From Eledone cirrhosa (taxonomy: Eukaryota), in the NCBI GenBank assembly GCA_964016885.1, contig OZ024741.1:133424001-133488000 (forward strand): a stretch of 64,000 bases of DNA, written 5' to 3'. The notes under the pieces were generated by a model. That model was given only the letters and a program-made list of their open reading frames with translations, searched no databases and was not told where the DNA came from. The translations under genes were made by a program, and so were the position numbers. This document shows, in pieces, positions 27,230-38,980 of the stretch (the stretch's first letter is position 1; each line of letters begins with the position of its first letter).

Positions 27230-27473
27230 CATGAATTGATGTATGACATACCTCAACGGTCTTGATAGTTCAATTCCAGTATTGGCAGTAATATATATAA
27301 TAAAACATATATTTTGATTATGTGAATGTCTTCATTTATTAATATTTTGAATAATATTAATAACTCCAGAAAACTTCCTTGTAGAGTGCTTTTAATTTAT
27401 TGTAAAACTATATTCATTGAGTAATCAATGAACCATATTAATCTTTGGTTATATATATATGTATATATACACG

Positions 27474-27527
<54 letters not shown>

Positions 27528-28118
27528 TACATACACAGATACACACACACACACACACACACACATACATATACATGTATGTATGTATATGCAGGAGAAC
27601 AATGCAGCACAATTATGATATATGTATGTTTAATACTTGATATAGTAGGAAAAGAGTCTTAATGTTTTGGGCATTAATCCCTCATCAGAAGATAGAATGT
27701 GAGCCAGAAGAGGAAGAAATAGTAAAAATATTTTTTACAGGAGGAAAGTAACTGTGTGTTTAGTCAGGCATTTTGTGGAAGTATATATATATGTTAGTGT
27801 GTACACACAGGTCAAACTCCAGAGTTACAAGATTCCCCACTTAGCCAAAATAAAGTATGTATATATATATATATATATATATATCCTCCCCCCAACTGCC
27901 ATCTTGTCCATTTTATCTTAATTCCCCCTCCTCAGTTAACAACCCCCAACTCTGAGTCTTCCCTTATTTGTATTGTCTCATTGTCTCAGCTACTGAATTT
28001 TAGTTCTTGACTGATGACTCTGTAAGAAGCAGGCAAAACTCCAGAGCAAGACTCAATATTTAGCCTTAACAAAATGAATCTCTCTCTCTCTCTCTCTCTC
28101 CCTCTCTCTCTCTCTCCT

Positions 28119-28181
<63 letters not shown>

Positions 28182-28295
28182 GAAGTATTTCCGTTGGAAA
28201 AAAAAAAATATATATATATATATATATATGTGTGTATGTATGTATATATATGTATGTGGTTGATGGCTGGGAGAAAGGTTTTGATATTCATTTTA

Positions 28296-28421
28296 TTAAG
28301 GCTAAATAGTGAGTACTGTTACTCTGGAGTTTTGCCTGTTTATCACAGGGTCATCTTCTTTGATGACCCTGTGATAAACAGGAGAAACTCCAGAGTAACA
28401 AAACTCACTATTTAGCCTTAA
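28296..28421. repeat. 60-bp-arm palindrome carrying hammerhead 3' parts on both strands
   Basis: TGATGA c-cctg-tgataaa-cagg-a GAAA CTCCAGAG TA acaaaa; related copy ~28005-28070. Confidence 0.75.
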
Positions 28422-29326
28422 AAAAATGGAAAAAATATATATGCATGCGTACATACATGCACACATACACACACTCACGTGCATACACACACAGACATAC
28501 ACACACTCACATGCGTATACACATACATACACACATACACTTTACCACCATCACCACCACCAACAACGACAACACCTCCACTAACAACACCACCTACCCT
28601 ACCTTCCCCACCCCCACTACATACACCCTCCACCATCATCACCATCACACACACCTCCACAACCACCACCCCTCCACCCCTCCACCACCATCATACCAGT
28701 TATTCCAAATAAATGTTCATTTAATGAAGTAACTATTTCCTGTAAAAAAAAAAGAAAACCCTCAATAGTAGGTAGACTAAAATATTTCTGTGCTATCTCT
28801 AAAGTATAAAATACCACCACCAACAACAACAACATCATCTCCATCACCACTACCATCACTGCCACAATCACCACTACCACTATCACCACCACCACCAGCA
28901 GCAGCACCACCAACAAAAACAACAACAACAGCACCATCATCACCAACACTACCCCACTAACAACAATACCTCCACCAACAACAGCAACACCAAAAACACC
29001 ACTAGTATCATCAACAACAACATCACCACCACTGCCACCTCCACCTCCACCTCCACCAAATCTTCCATTAACATTACCACCACCACAACCAACAACACCA
29101 ATAACACCCCAACCACAATAACCACAACAGCACTCCTAATAGTGAGTCTATATGGTAGGCCTTCTGAAACACTGTGACTCTGAATTTGTTACAGCTCTCT
29201 GATAGGTTTGTGGTTGAGCCTGCAGCAGTGGAGACTTCCAGCGTTCTTGGCTCCTGGGCTACTTCCCTACTCACTGCTATCAGGACATCTTTAGACCCAG
29301 GAGCCCATCCCTATTGGGGCATTTTT

Positions 29327-30075
29327 GGCCCCCAGACTACATCCCTACTCACTGCTGTCAGAGTGGAGTTGGCATCTGGACCACACCCCTACTCACTGCT
29401 ATCAGGGTAAAGTTAGCATCTGGACTACATCCCTACTCACTGCTATCAGGATAGAGTTGGCATCTGGACCACATCCCTACTCACTGCTATCAGGGTAGAG
29501 TTGGCATCTGGACCACACCCCTACTCACTGCTATCAGGGTAAAGTTAGCATCTGGACTACATCCCTACTCACTGCTATCAGGATAGAGTTGGCATCTGGA
29601 CCACATCCCTACTCACTGCTATCAGGGTAGAGTTGGCATCTGGACCACATCCCTACTCACTGCTATCAGGGTAGAGTTGGCATCTGGACCACACCCCTAC
29701 TCACTGCTATCAGGGTAAAGTTAGCATCTGGACTACATCCCTACTCACTGCTATCAGGATAGAGTTGGCATCTGGACCACATCCCTACTCACTGCTATCA
29801 GGGTAGAGTTGGCATCTGGACCACACCCCTACTCACTGCTATCAGGGTAAAGTTAGCATCTGGACTACATCCCTACTCACTGCTATCAGGATAGAGTTGG
29901 CATCTGGACCACATCCCTACTCACTGCTATCAGGGTAGAGTTGGCATCTGGACCACATCCCTACTCACTGCTATCAGGGTAGAGTTGGCATCTGGACCAC
30001 ACCCCTACTCACTGCAATCTGGGCAGAGTTGGCCCCAGGACCATATTCCTACTCACTGCAATCGGGGTAAATCTG
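29327..30075. repeat. 44-bp minisatellite with higher-order structure
   Basis: Unit GGCATCTGGACCACATCCCTACTCACTGCTATCAGGGTAGAGTT at 29371, 29415, 29459, ... 29987. Confidence 0.95.
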
Positions 30076-30335
30076 GTTCCCCGTGAGTTGGAGTGGTTGT
30101 TCCAGTATGTGACATCACCATCCTCTGGTTGTTGAGTGGTATGGTGGCATGGTCTCTTTGAGAGGTCTGTTGTTGAGTGGTATGGCAATATGATTCTTTA
30201 AGAAGTCTGTTACTGAGTGGTATGGTAGTATAGACTCTTTGAGAAGTTGCTTGCTCACTCTATACACACTCACATCCTGTCAATTATTAGAAGAGAAGGA
30301 AATATTCACTTAAATTTGACCATGGTACTATAAAG

Positions 30336-30393
<58 letters not shown>

Positions 30394-31143
30394 GCATATA
30401 TATATATATATATATATATGTTGTGTGTGTGTGTATGTTTGTATTAAAACTTCAGTAACCTTTGTGATGATAAGTAAACAGCCATGACACACAGACACAT
30501 GAAAGATATTGATATAAAGTTAGATATACAGGGAGATTAAGAGATAGATTGGAAGATATGGTGGACAGAGTATATAATGCAACATAGCTCTGCAATTATT
30601 CACTGTCATTGAGGATGCAAACAACAGCAACAAGAATTTGGTTCTGTACTTAAAACAACAGCAATAATCACACACACACACCCATACACAGACACACACA
30701 TACACATACAGGCTAAAAAGGGATTTTTCTAGAAAGCAACTAAACATAATTGAGATATAAGGAAATATCTAAAAACTACAAAAAAGAAAAGAAGAAAGAA
30801 AGAAAAAGAAAAGGAAGAAAGACAAAGTTTCTTTTTTCTTCCATTCAAAGACAAACAAAAGGAAAGAGAACTAAGATTTATATTCTGAAGGAACAAAAAA
30901 AAAAAAGATTTTGTCCTGATCAAATCTAGAGTTTATTTAGTTTTGAAATTTAATATTTCAGTCTTTTTTTTCCTTTGTCATAGTACAGATGTTTTTATTT
31001 TAATATTTTGTACAGATGTTTTTATTTTAATATTTTGTACAAATCATTTACTGTAACAGAAGAAATAAAAGAAGGAGGAGAAGGAGGAGGAGAAGAAGAA
31101 AACAAACTTGGAGTAGTAAACACCTAAATATTTTTAATTCAAC

Positions 31144-32007
31144 ATGGTGGAAGAAAGTACCCTTTTCTTGGTTCTAATTGCATTTGCAATTGGCTACATG
31201 TTTTTTGGAACGCTTAATTGTGTTTTATCATTGGCAGTTCTTTGCCGTAAAACCACAAAGTTGTTAATGATGAGAGAATACCTGATTGTTTTAAGTATAT
31301 TTGACCTGGGAGTTCTTTATTCTGGCTTGTTACCAAACATTATGGAAGCTTATGGTGTTATTGGTAATTATAGCAGTGATAAACAGTGTAAGTTGACTCA
31401 GTTTTTTATATATTTCTTTCTGGAAGGATCTTCATGGATGTCTGTGATTATCACAATTGAGAGAATGGTTTTTGTACTTTTTCCCTATCTGGAGCGTTCA
31501 AAGCGCTGTCAAGCAACTACCTTGGTTGTTCTTGTTACGATGCTTATTATAATCAATGTACCAATGAGTTTGCTGTGGAAACTGGAAGGTAGTATTTGTG
31601 ATGGTCCAAGCATATTAAGGAATGCCTACTTCATCAAATATAGCATAATTCCTAGCTCCATTTTGGTTCTGGGTAATGCTGCCATAATTTACAAACTCTG
31701 CACACAATCAGCTCCCACACGTGGCTCTCCGAATTTGCAGCCAGTTCTGTTGGTATTCGCAATAAGTGGCTTTTTCCTGATCACCACATTTCCAGCATCC
31801 ATTGCCTTAAACCTCACTGAAAATCCGGGTCCTCTTTTTTATCTTTTTGTCAAATTACTACTTTATAACAATAATACATTCAATTTTATATTGTACATTT
31901 TGGTTAGTAAACTGTTTCGTGAAGAACTGATGTTGATGTTAAAATGGAAACGACCAAATGAAGCACGACTAACAAGACACAGGATTGAATCTGACACACC
32001 AATGTGA
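31144..32007 (+). CDS. Class A (rhodopsin-like) GPCR with intron-less CDS, 287 aa; orphan FMRFamide-receptor-like/srw-like type
   Basis: Seven hydrophobic segments; TM2 LSIFDL, Cys at the TM3 start (CKLTQF), TIERMVFVLFP (E/DRY variant), ECL2 Cys, TM5 IIP..N..IIYKL, TM6 FFLITTFP, TM7 NNTFNFILY..SKLFREEL. Confidence 0.9.
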   Translation: MVEESTLFLVLIAFAIGYMFFGTLNCVLSLAVLCRKTTKLLMMREYLIVLSIFDLGVLYSGLLPNIMEAYGVIGNYSSDKQCKLTQFFIYFFLEGSSWMSVIITIERMVFVLFPYLERSKRCQATTLVVLVTMLIIINVPMSLLWKLEGSICDGPSILRNAYFIKYSIIPSSILVLGNAAIIYKLCTQSAPTRGSPNLQPVLLVFAISGFFLITTFPASIALNLTENPGPLFYLFVKLLLYNNNTFNFILYILVSKLFREELMLMLKWKRPNEARLTRHRIESDTPM

Positions 32008-32587
32008 TTGATTTTTTTTTTTTACATATGATTTTCTTTGTATTGTTCAATTAGTTGAGATGTTTGTGAACTACTTAAATAAGACATGGTTATAGACACA
32101 TCTTTCAGATTTATCTTAAGTAAACAACAAAAAAAAGAAGCAAAATACATCTGCAACTAACTAACAATAACAACATCATCATCATCTTTAATATCAACAA
32201 AAGTGAAAAATAATAACACTGCAACCAGTTAAAAAATAAAACAGAATTAAATTTCTTTTATTTTACATTTACTTTTCTTTTTAATGTATATATGGATTCA
32301 TAACTTCTCATGGAATTGTTGGGGAATTGTAATAACATCCAACATGTCTTGGGCATTTTAAACATGGCAGAACCCATCCCTTCTCCAGGTCTGAACATAG
32401 CTGATTTCTTCCAGAAAAGGAGAAAGAGAGTGTGAGAAAGAGGAAGTGAGAAAGAGATACAGGGGAAGAATCAACATCAGTACTTGACTGGTATTTTATT
32501 TATCAACCTCGAAAGGATGAAAAGCAAAATTGATTTTGGTGGGATTTGAGCTTAGAGTGCAGAGAACCAGAACAAATATCACAAAGC

Positions 32588-32795
32588 ATTCTATTTGATA
32601 CTGTAATAATTGTTTCTACTTTTGGCACAAGGCCAGCAATTACCCAGTGCATTACTGGTACTTTATTTTATCGACCCCGTAAGGATGAAAGGCAAAGTTA
32701 ACCTTGGCGGAATTTGAACTCTAACTGTAAAGGGTCGTAACTCTACACTGCATAGCATGGCGTCCGACTCTCTACTGATACTGCCAATTCACTGC
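32588..32795 (-). mobile_element. tRNA-derived SINE (abundant family ending ...GCCAAAAGTAGAAACAATTATT)
   Basis: Same family at ~5590-5830, ~7600-7780, ~41255-41440, ~41675-41865, 43754-43940, ~44295-45035, ~56480-57000, ~61575-61770. Confidence 0.8.
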
Positions 32796-34095
32796 TTTTT
32801 TAAATATTAAATGTTAATATGGTAGTGGATTGGTAGAAATTGTAGACTGCTAGATTAGTTGTTTGGAAGTATTTAGTTAGCTTTTTTTTATGTTCTGTTG
32901 AATTTTCTTTTCATCTCTGTAAGGTCAACAAAAATAAGTAACCAAGTGTGTACTGGAATTGATTCAAACAACTGACTCAGCTACATCATTGCATCATGGT
33001 CCATTGTAAATCCAGCACTGGAACCCCCCCCCTCTATGGGGCTCCTCTTTACTTAAGGCTCTAAGCATGTGAGTATTATGCTTACTGTTTAATCAATGGC
33101 TATGTGCACCTTCCCCATGAAATTGTTATGGCCTTCTATGATTATAAGAAATCTTCCTATTGGTTATGTTAAGAACTACGAGCAATGTAAGTGGCAACAT
33201 TAATTCACATTAATTCAACTTCCTTCTGGATTAATCCTTTTGAAACCAGCCTACCCCAAACCACCTCTAGTTCTATGAATCAAAACGACCCATTTTAAAG
33301 AGTTCTATTTAATTTTATATCTTCCAACATAATTTTATATGAAAACTTTTTGTTATAAATACAATCGTAAAAATGTGATAATAATTTTAGGAAATCTATC
33401 CAAATTCTTCCTTAATCAAAATACGTTGGGTATATGAAAAAAAATGTATTTAATTTTTTTACTATATTCTTTTCAATAACATTTTTATTATTTAAAATTG
33501 AGAAATTAGAAAAAATTCCATATAAGAATCAATGTTACTAATTTGTTTAGATATGTTAAGATTATCTTTTATAGTTACTAGTTAACCTATTCTGTAAATA
33601 ATGATTGAAATGGCTTTAAACACATTAGTATGCCATATATTACCAGGATTACTAGATATATGAACATTCATAAACTAGGAAATATGCATTTTGATAAATT
33701 AATGGTTTGCATAAGAGAAAGCCTATAGTTTATGTTGATTACTGACACATGAAAGTGATTAAAGATAAAAAAAATGATAGTCTAATAATTCATTACTAGG
33801 ATATATTTAAGTAAATGTTCAGCAAATATATACAAATGACATACAGGATTAAAAGTATGAGTAACTTTGGAGAAATAACAATTTACATGGACAAATGTAA
33901 GACTAGAAATCAGGACCTTGTGATTGGAAAGTGAAATTATTGTAGCAATATGACTGAGAGGAAATGCCTGGTACTGGTATGTAAATTCTAAGGAGATACA
34001 GACTCACTATTTAGCCTTAATAAAATGAATATTTAAAATCTACTTAGGTATTGAGTACTCTTTTCTCTCAGCCATTCACCACATATGTATATATC

Positions 34096-35605
34096 ATCAT
34101 CATCATCATCATCACCGTTTTACGTCCGTTCTTCCATGCTAGCATGGGTTAGACGGGTTGTCCTGTTGTGGGCAGTGTCTGGTCGGCTGACCATGCCTTG
34201 CTCATGCAGGAACTGATTTTGGCTTGATTTCTACAGCTGGATGCCTTTCCTAACACCAACCTCATTTACAGTGAGTGCTGGGTGCTTTTTTCCGTGACGC
34301 CTACACGTCCACTTTACAGTGTGGGCTGGGTGCTTTTTTGCCGTGGCACCTCCACGACCACTTTGCAGTGGGAGGGTGTGGGGCATATTGTCTTGTACCC
34401 ATGGGAGGTCGGGTACTCTGTATTACTGCATGACGCCAGAGGTCACGGTCGTGTGTCATCGCCTTTGAGAGGTGTAATTGGGTAAGGTCGGCTTTTATCA
34501 CCTCATCCCAGGTCTTTTTGGGTCTCCCTCACTCCGCGGTTTCCATTGACTTCTAGTGCTCTGCACCTTTTTATGCAGCTGTCACCCTTCATACGCATCA
34601 CATGTCCATACCAACGCAACCGCCTCTCTGCACACAGCATTTGATTCCTCTTATGCTCAGTCTCTCTCTCAATTCATCTATGCTTTGCCGTTCGCGTATA
34701 TTACTATTACACATCCATCGGAGCATGCAGGCTTCGTTTCTTTCTAATCTACGTAAGTCTTCCACCTTCAGCGCCCAGGTCTCACTACCATGTAACATTG
34801 CTGTTCGGATACACGCATCATACAGTCTGCTTTTCATTTTGAGGGAGAAGCCTTTTGCAGCTAGCAGTGGCAGTAGTTCCCTGAACTTCTTCCATCCCGT
34901 TCTTACCCTAGTTATTGTACTTTCTGAACACCCACCTCCACTGCTAATTCGGTCACCTAGGTAGCAGAAGCTGTCTACTGTTTCTACAGAGCCCTCCCAG
35001 AGATTGGTGGTACTTATTTCCTGTGGCTGTTTGCTGCTTGCTGTCCCAGCACAGCTGCTACATGTGAATCCTACATTCTTAATTAAGCTTCCTGAGATCC
35101 CGCTACATACAGGAGTTCCCATGAGCATCCAGTCTTAAACTCCTCCGTTATTGCCTGCCGGACTATGATGAAAAGGAGAGGGCTAAGAACAGAGCCCTGG
35201 TGGACACCAACCTGTACGCTAAATTCCTCGCTATACTCATTGCTAATCCTAACTTTGCTGACTGCTCCCCTATACATGGCTTGTACAGCTTTCACAAGCC
35301 ATTCATCTACTCCTAGTTTTCTAAGAGCCCACCAGATTATAGCACGTGGAACTCTGTCAAAGGCTTTCTCGAGATCAACGAATGTCAGGTAGAGTGGCTT
35401 ACTTTTAACTAGGTACTTTTCCTCTAACTGCCTCACAAGGAAGAGGGCATCAGTGGTGCCTCTTCCTGGTACAAACCCAAATTGCATCTCATCTAGTTTC
35501 ACCCGGTCCCTAATCAACTGTGCTATAACTCTTTCTGTTACTTTCATGACCTGGTCCATCAGCTTTATACCTCTATAGTTTCCTCTATCTAGTGCATCAC
35601 CTTTA
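34096..35605 (-). mobile_element. 5'-truncated RTE LINE with an internal deletion removing YADD and most of the zinc finger
   Basis: ORFs 35083-35559 and 34598-35128; (GAT)n tail at ~34096-34115. Confidence 0.9.
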
Positions 35606-38600
35606 TATCATCATCATCATCATCATCATCATCATTTTACGTCCGCTTTTCCCTACTTGCAAGGGTGGGACGGGTCTTATTCAGCACAGCATCTCTCCAC
35701 TCGTCACGGTCCCTCGTCATCTCCACCGTGAGCTTCAATGATCTGAGGTCTGTTCTCACCACCTCCGCCCATGTTTTTCGTGGTCTACCTCTACCACGTC
35801 TTCCTTCAACTGGCAATTCCTGGCACTTCTTCACCCATCGGTCATCCTCCATGCGCATCACATGTCCATACCACCTCAGTCTCCTCTCCCGTACACTACA
35901 TTCTATCCCTCTCATACACAGTTTCTCTCTCAACACATTTATGCTGGGTCGTTCACACACATTTACACTGCACATCCAACGGAGCATGCTTGCCTCATTT
36001 CTCTCCAGCCGTCGCATATCCTCTGCAGTTGCTGCCCATGTCTCACTACCATGCAGCATCGCGCTCCTCACACAGGCATCATACAACCGGCCTTTCGTAC
36101 GCAGGGAGAAACCCTTCTTCGTCAACAGAGGAAGCAGCTTCCTAAACTTCTTCCAACCCGTCCTTATTCTAGATACTATGGCCTCGGAACACCCTCCTCC
36201 CATGCTAATCTGATCACCTAGGTACCGGAAGCTATCCACCACTTCTATAGCACCCTCTTGCATTTGAAAAATGTGTCTATCAGTGCGACTTCTACTGTCT
36301 AATTTCCCTGTACATCTACTGCATACATATTTCTCCCTACCTGTTAGTTTGCCTGCTACCTCGCTACATCTCTTGTGTACCCAGGATCTGCATTGTGTGC
36401 ATTTTATAGAATTTATGCCAGTTCCTTTTCTGCATATCGAACATGGCCATTTCCCTGACGGAATCAGGGTTTTGTCCTCTTTTCTACTCATCAACACTTT
36501 TGTCTTAGCTAGATTCACTCTCAGTCCTCTTGCTTCCAACTGCTGTTTCCATAGCCAGTATTTATTCTCTAGCTCCTCTACTGATTCTGCTATAAGAACC
36601 AGATCGTCAGCATAGAGAAGTTCCCATGGACAGCCAGTCTTAAACTCCTCTGTTATGGCTTGGAGGACTATAATGAACAAGAGCGGGCTGAGGACCGAAC
36701 CCTGATGTACTCCTACTTGTATCTGGAATTCCTCACTAAACTCCATTCCTACCCTGACTTTACTGAGAGTACCTCTGTACAAAGTTTGCACTGTCCTCAC
36801 AAGCCATTCCTCAACACCTAGCTTCCTTAGGGACCACCAGATGACAGATCGGAGTACCCTATCAAAGGCCTTCTCTAGGTCAACAAAGGCTAAGTATAGT
36901 GGCTTATTCTTCTCTAAGAACCTCTCTTGCAATTGTCTCACCAAGAAGAGGGCATCTGTTGTACTCTTCCCAGGCACAAAACCAAACTGCATCTCATCTA
37001 GTTTGACCCTTTCTCTAATTAGTTGTACTAAAATCCTTTCTGCCACTTTCATAACCTGATCTATCAGTTTTATACCCCTATAATTGCTCCTCTCCAAAGC
37101 ATCCCCTTTACCTTTGTAGCAATTTATGAGAATACTGCTGCACCAGTCTTTGGGTATGACACCACCATATATAGCCTGATTGATGATGTGTGCAACCAGT
37201 TTAGTGCCTACGTCCCCTGATGCCTTCAGCATCTCAGCAACTATTCCCAATGGTCCGGCAGCCTTACCATTTTTCATTTCCCTAATCGCCTCTTGGACCC
37301 TATATTCGTCAATCTCAATAGTTGGTCCCTCTGTCGGATCCACCAAGGGTAATTTCTCTCTCTCCCATTCGTTCTCCACAATCATCAGTCTCTCATAATG
37401 ATATTTCCAGGCCTCCTTTTTCTGATCATTCGTGACACTAAGTACACCGGCATCATCCCGGACACATTTATCTCCAACAACATCCTGATTTGCATTGACA
37501 CACTGCCTTGCAATGTGGAACACCGCACGCCTCTGATCTTCCCGTCGCAGAACATTGGCAAACCTCCTACTCTCTGCCTCCCTGCGTGCTAAGTACACCT
37601 GACATCTAGCTTCTCTCTTAGTGGCTGTATATTCTTCCCTACTCCCACCCTTTTTCCAAGCCTTCCATGCTAGTCTTTTGTCTCTAATAGCCTTATCTAC
37701 TGTGCTATTCCACCACCAGGTCACTCTCTGTCTGGTTGGAGCTCTGCTCCAGCCACAGGTTTCATCAGTAGCCTGCAGCAAGTTGTCACGTAAGAAATTC
37801 CAGTTATTATCTATGTCATACGTCTCTAAATCGTCTTCTTTTTTTTTTTTCGTCATATACATCTTGAAGGGCTTTCCTAAATTTGTATTTTAGTGAAAGG
37901 TCTTTTAGCTTCCAGACCTTTCTTCTCCACACCTTCCTATATGTCTCATTCCATCTCTTGCTTACTGAGATATCACTAACAACTAACCTATGCTGTGGGG
38001 TACATTCTTCGCCAGGGTATGCCTTGGTATTAGACACTATCTGCCTGTCCCGCTGCCTAACTAGCAGGAAGTCAATCTGGCTTATGTGCTCACCAGATTT
38101 GTAGGTTATTAGGTGATTGGCAGGTTTCTGGAAGTTTGTGTTGCAAATAGTCAATGTACCCGCATCACAAAATTCAAGAAGTCTCACTCCTTCATTTCTT
38201 GAACCGTAACCGTGCCCACCATGTACCCCAGGAGCTGTCCAACATGACCATTGAAGTCTCCTGCTAGCATAACAATGTCTCCGTCCTCTGTCATTGCGGT
38301 TGTTTGCAAAAGCTGCTCATAAAAGCAGTCTTTCTCATCTTTGCCTAGGCCTGCTTGGGGAGCATAGGCCGAGATGATTGTCAGTAGTCTCCTACCCACA
38401 ACTAATTTAAGCTTAATTATTCGATTACTAACTCGAACTACCTCTATTGTCTTATTGATCCATTTCTCAGCCAGGAAAATGCCCCCTAGCCCATCATCCT
38501 TACCTACCCAGAATAGCTTATAGCTAAGACGCTTGCCTACGACTAGTCTTGCAGAGGCACCTCTCCATCTCACCTCTTGCACGCAGCACACATCCACCTG

Positions 38601-38880
38601 CCTTCTCTCCAGCATCTCCGCTATTTCAGCAGATCTACCTCTGAGAGTGCCAACATTAAGTGTTGCAACTCTGAGATGCGACGTCTTCATATTTTGTTGT
38701 TGTTCCTATTTGTTGCTGTGCTGATAAGCGTTTTGGCATTGATACACTGGTTGGATGCCCTTCCTAACACCAGCGCCACTTTACAGCATGGACTGGGTGC
38801 TATTATTTGTGCCACCAGCACTAGAGAGGATGTCTTACTAGACTCAAGGGCCCTCTCTACCCCTCCATTTTACAGCATGG
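35606..38880 (-). mobile_element. Near full-length RTE-clade LINE (5' UTR, APE endonuclease, RT, PHD-like finger, (GAT)n tail)
   Basis: ORFs 38184-38690 (ATLNVGTL, CVQEVRW, SAYAPQ, GDFNGHVG), 37816-38187 (SQIDFLL..QHRLVV), 35637-37862 (DLEKAFD, QGSVLSP, YADD, YLG, RLRWYGH). Confidence 0.95.
35637..38690 (-). pseudogene. RTE ORF (APE-RT) broken by two frameshifts
   Basis: Three overlapping ORFs in different frames; one break is at a long T run (~37839-37850). Confidence 0.85.
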
Positions 38881-38937
38881 TCATAAAAAAAACAAACTTA
38901 TTGACACGATGCACACACAAACACTCACACACCAACA

Positions 38938-38980
<43 letters not shown>

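Noticed and set aside
35665-37893. Plus-strand ORFs overlapping the RTE
   Set aside because: Antisense shadows of the RT ORF
38690-38900. HDV-like ribozyme expected at some RTE 5' ends
   Set aside because: Could not identify the nested double pseudoknot by eye; requires a descriptor search
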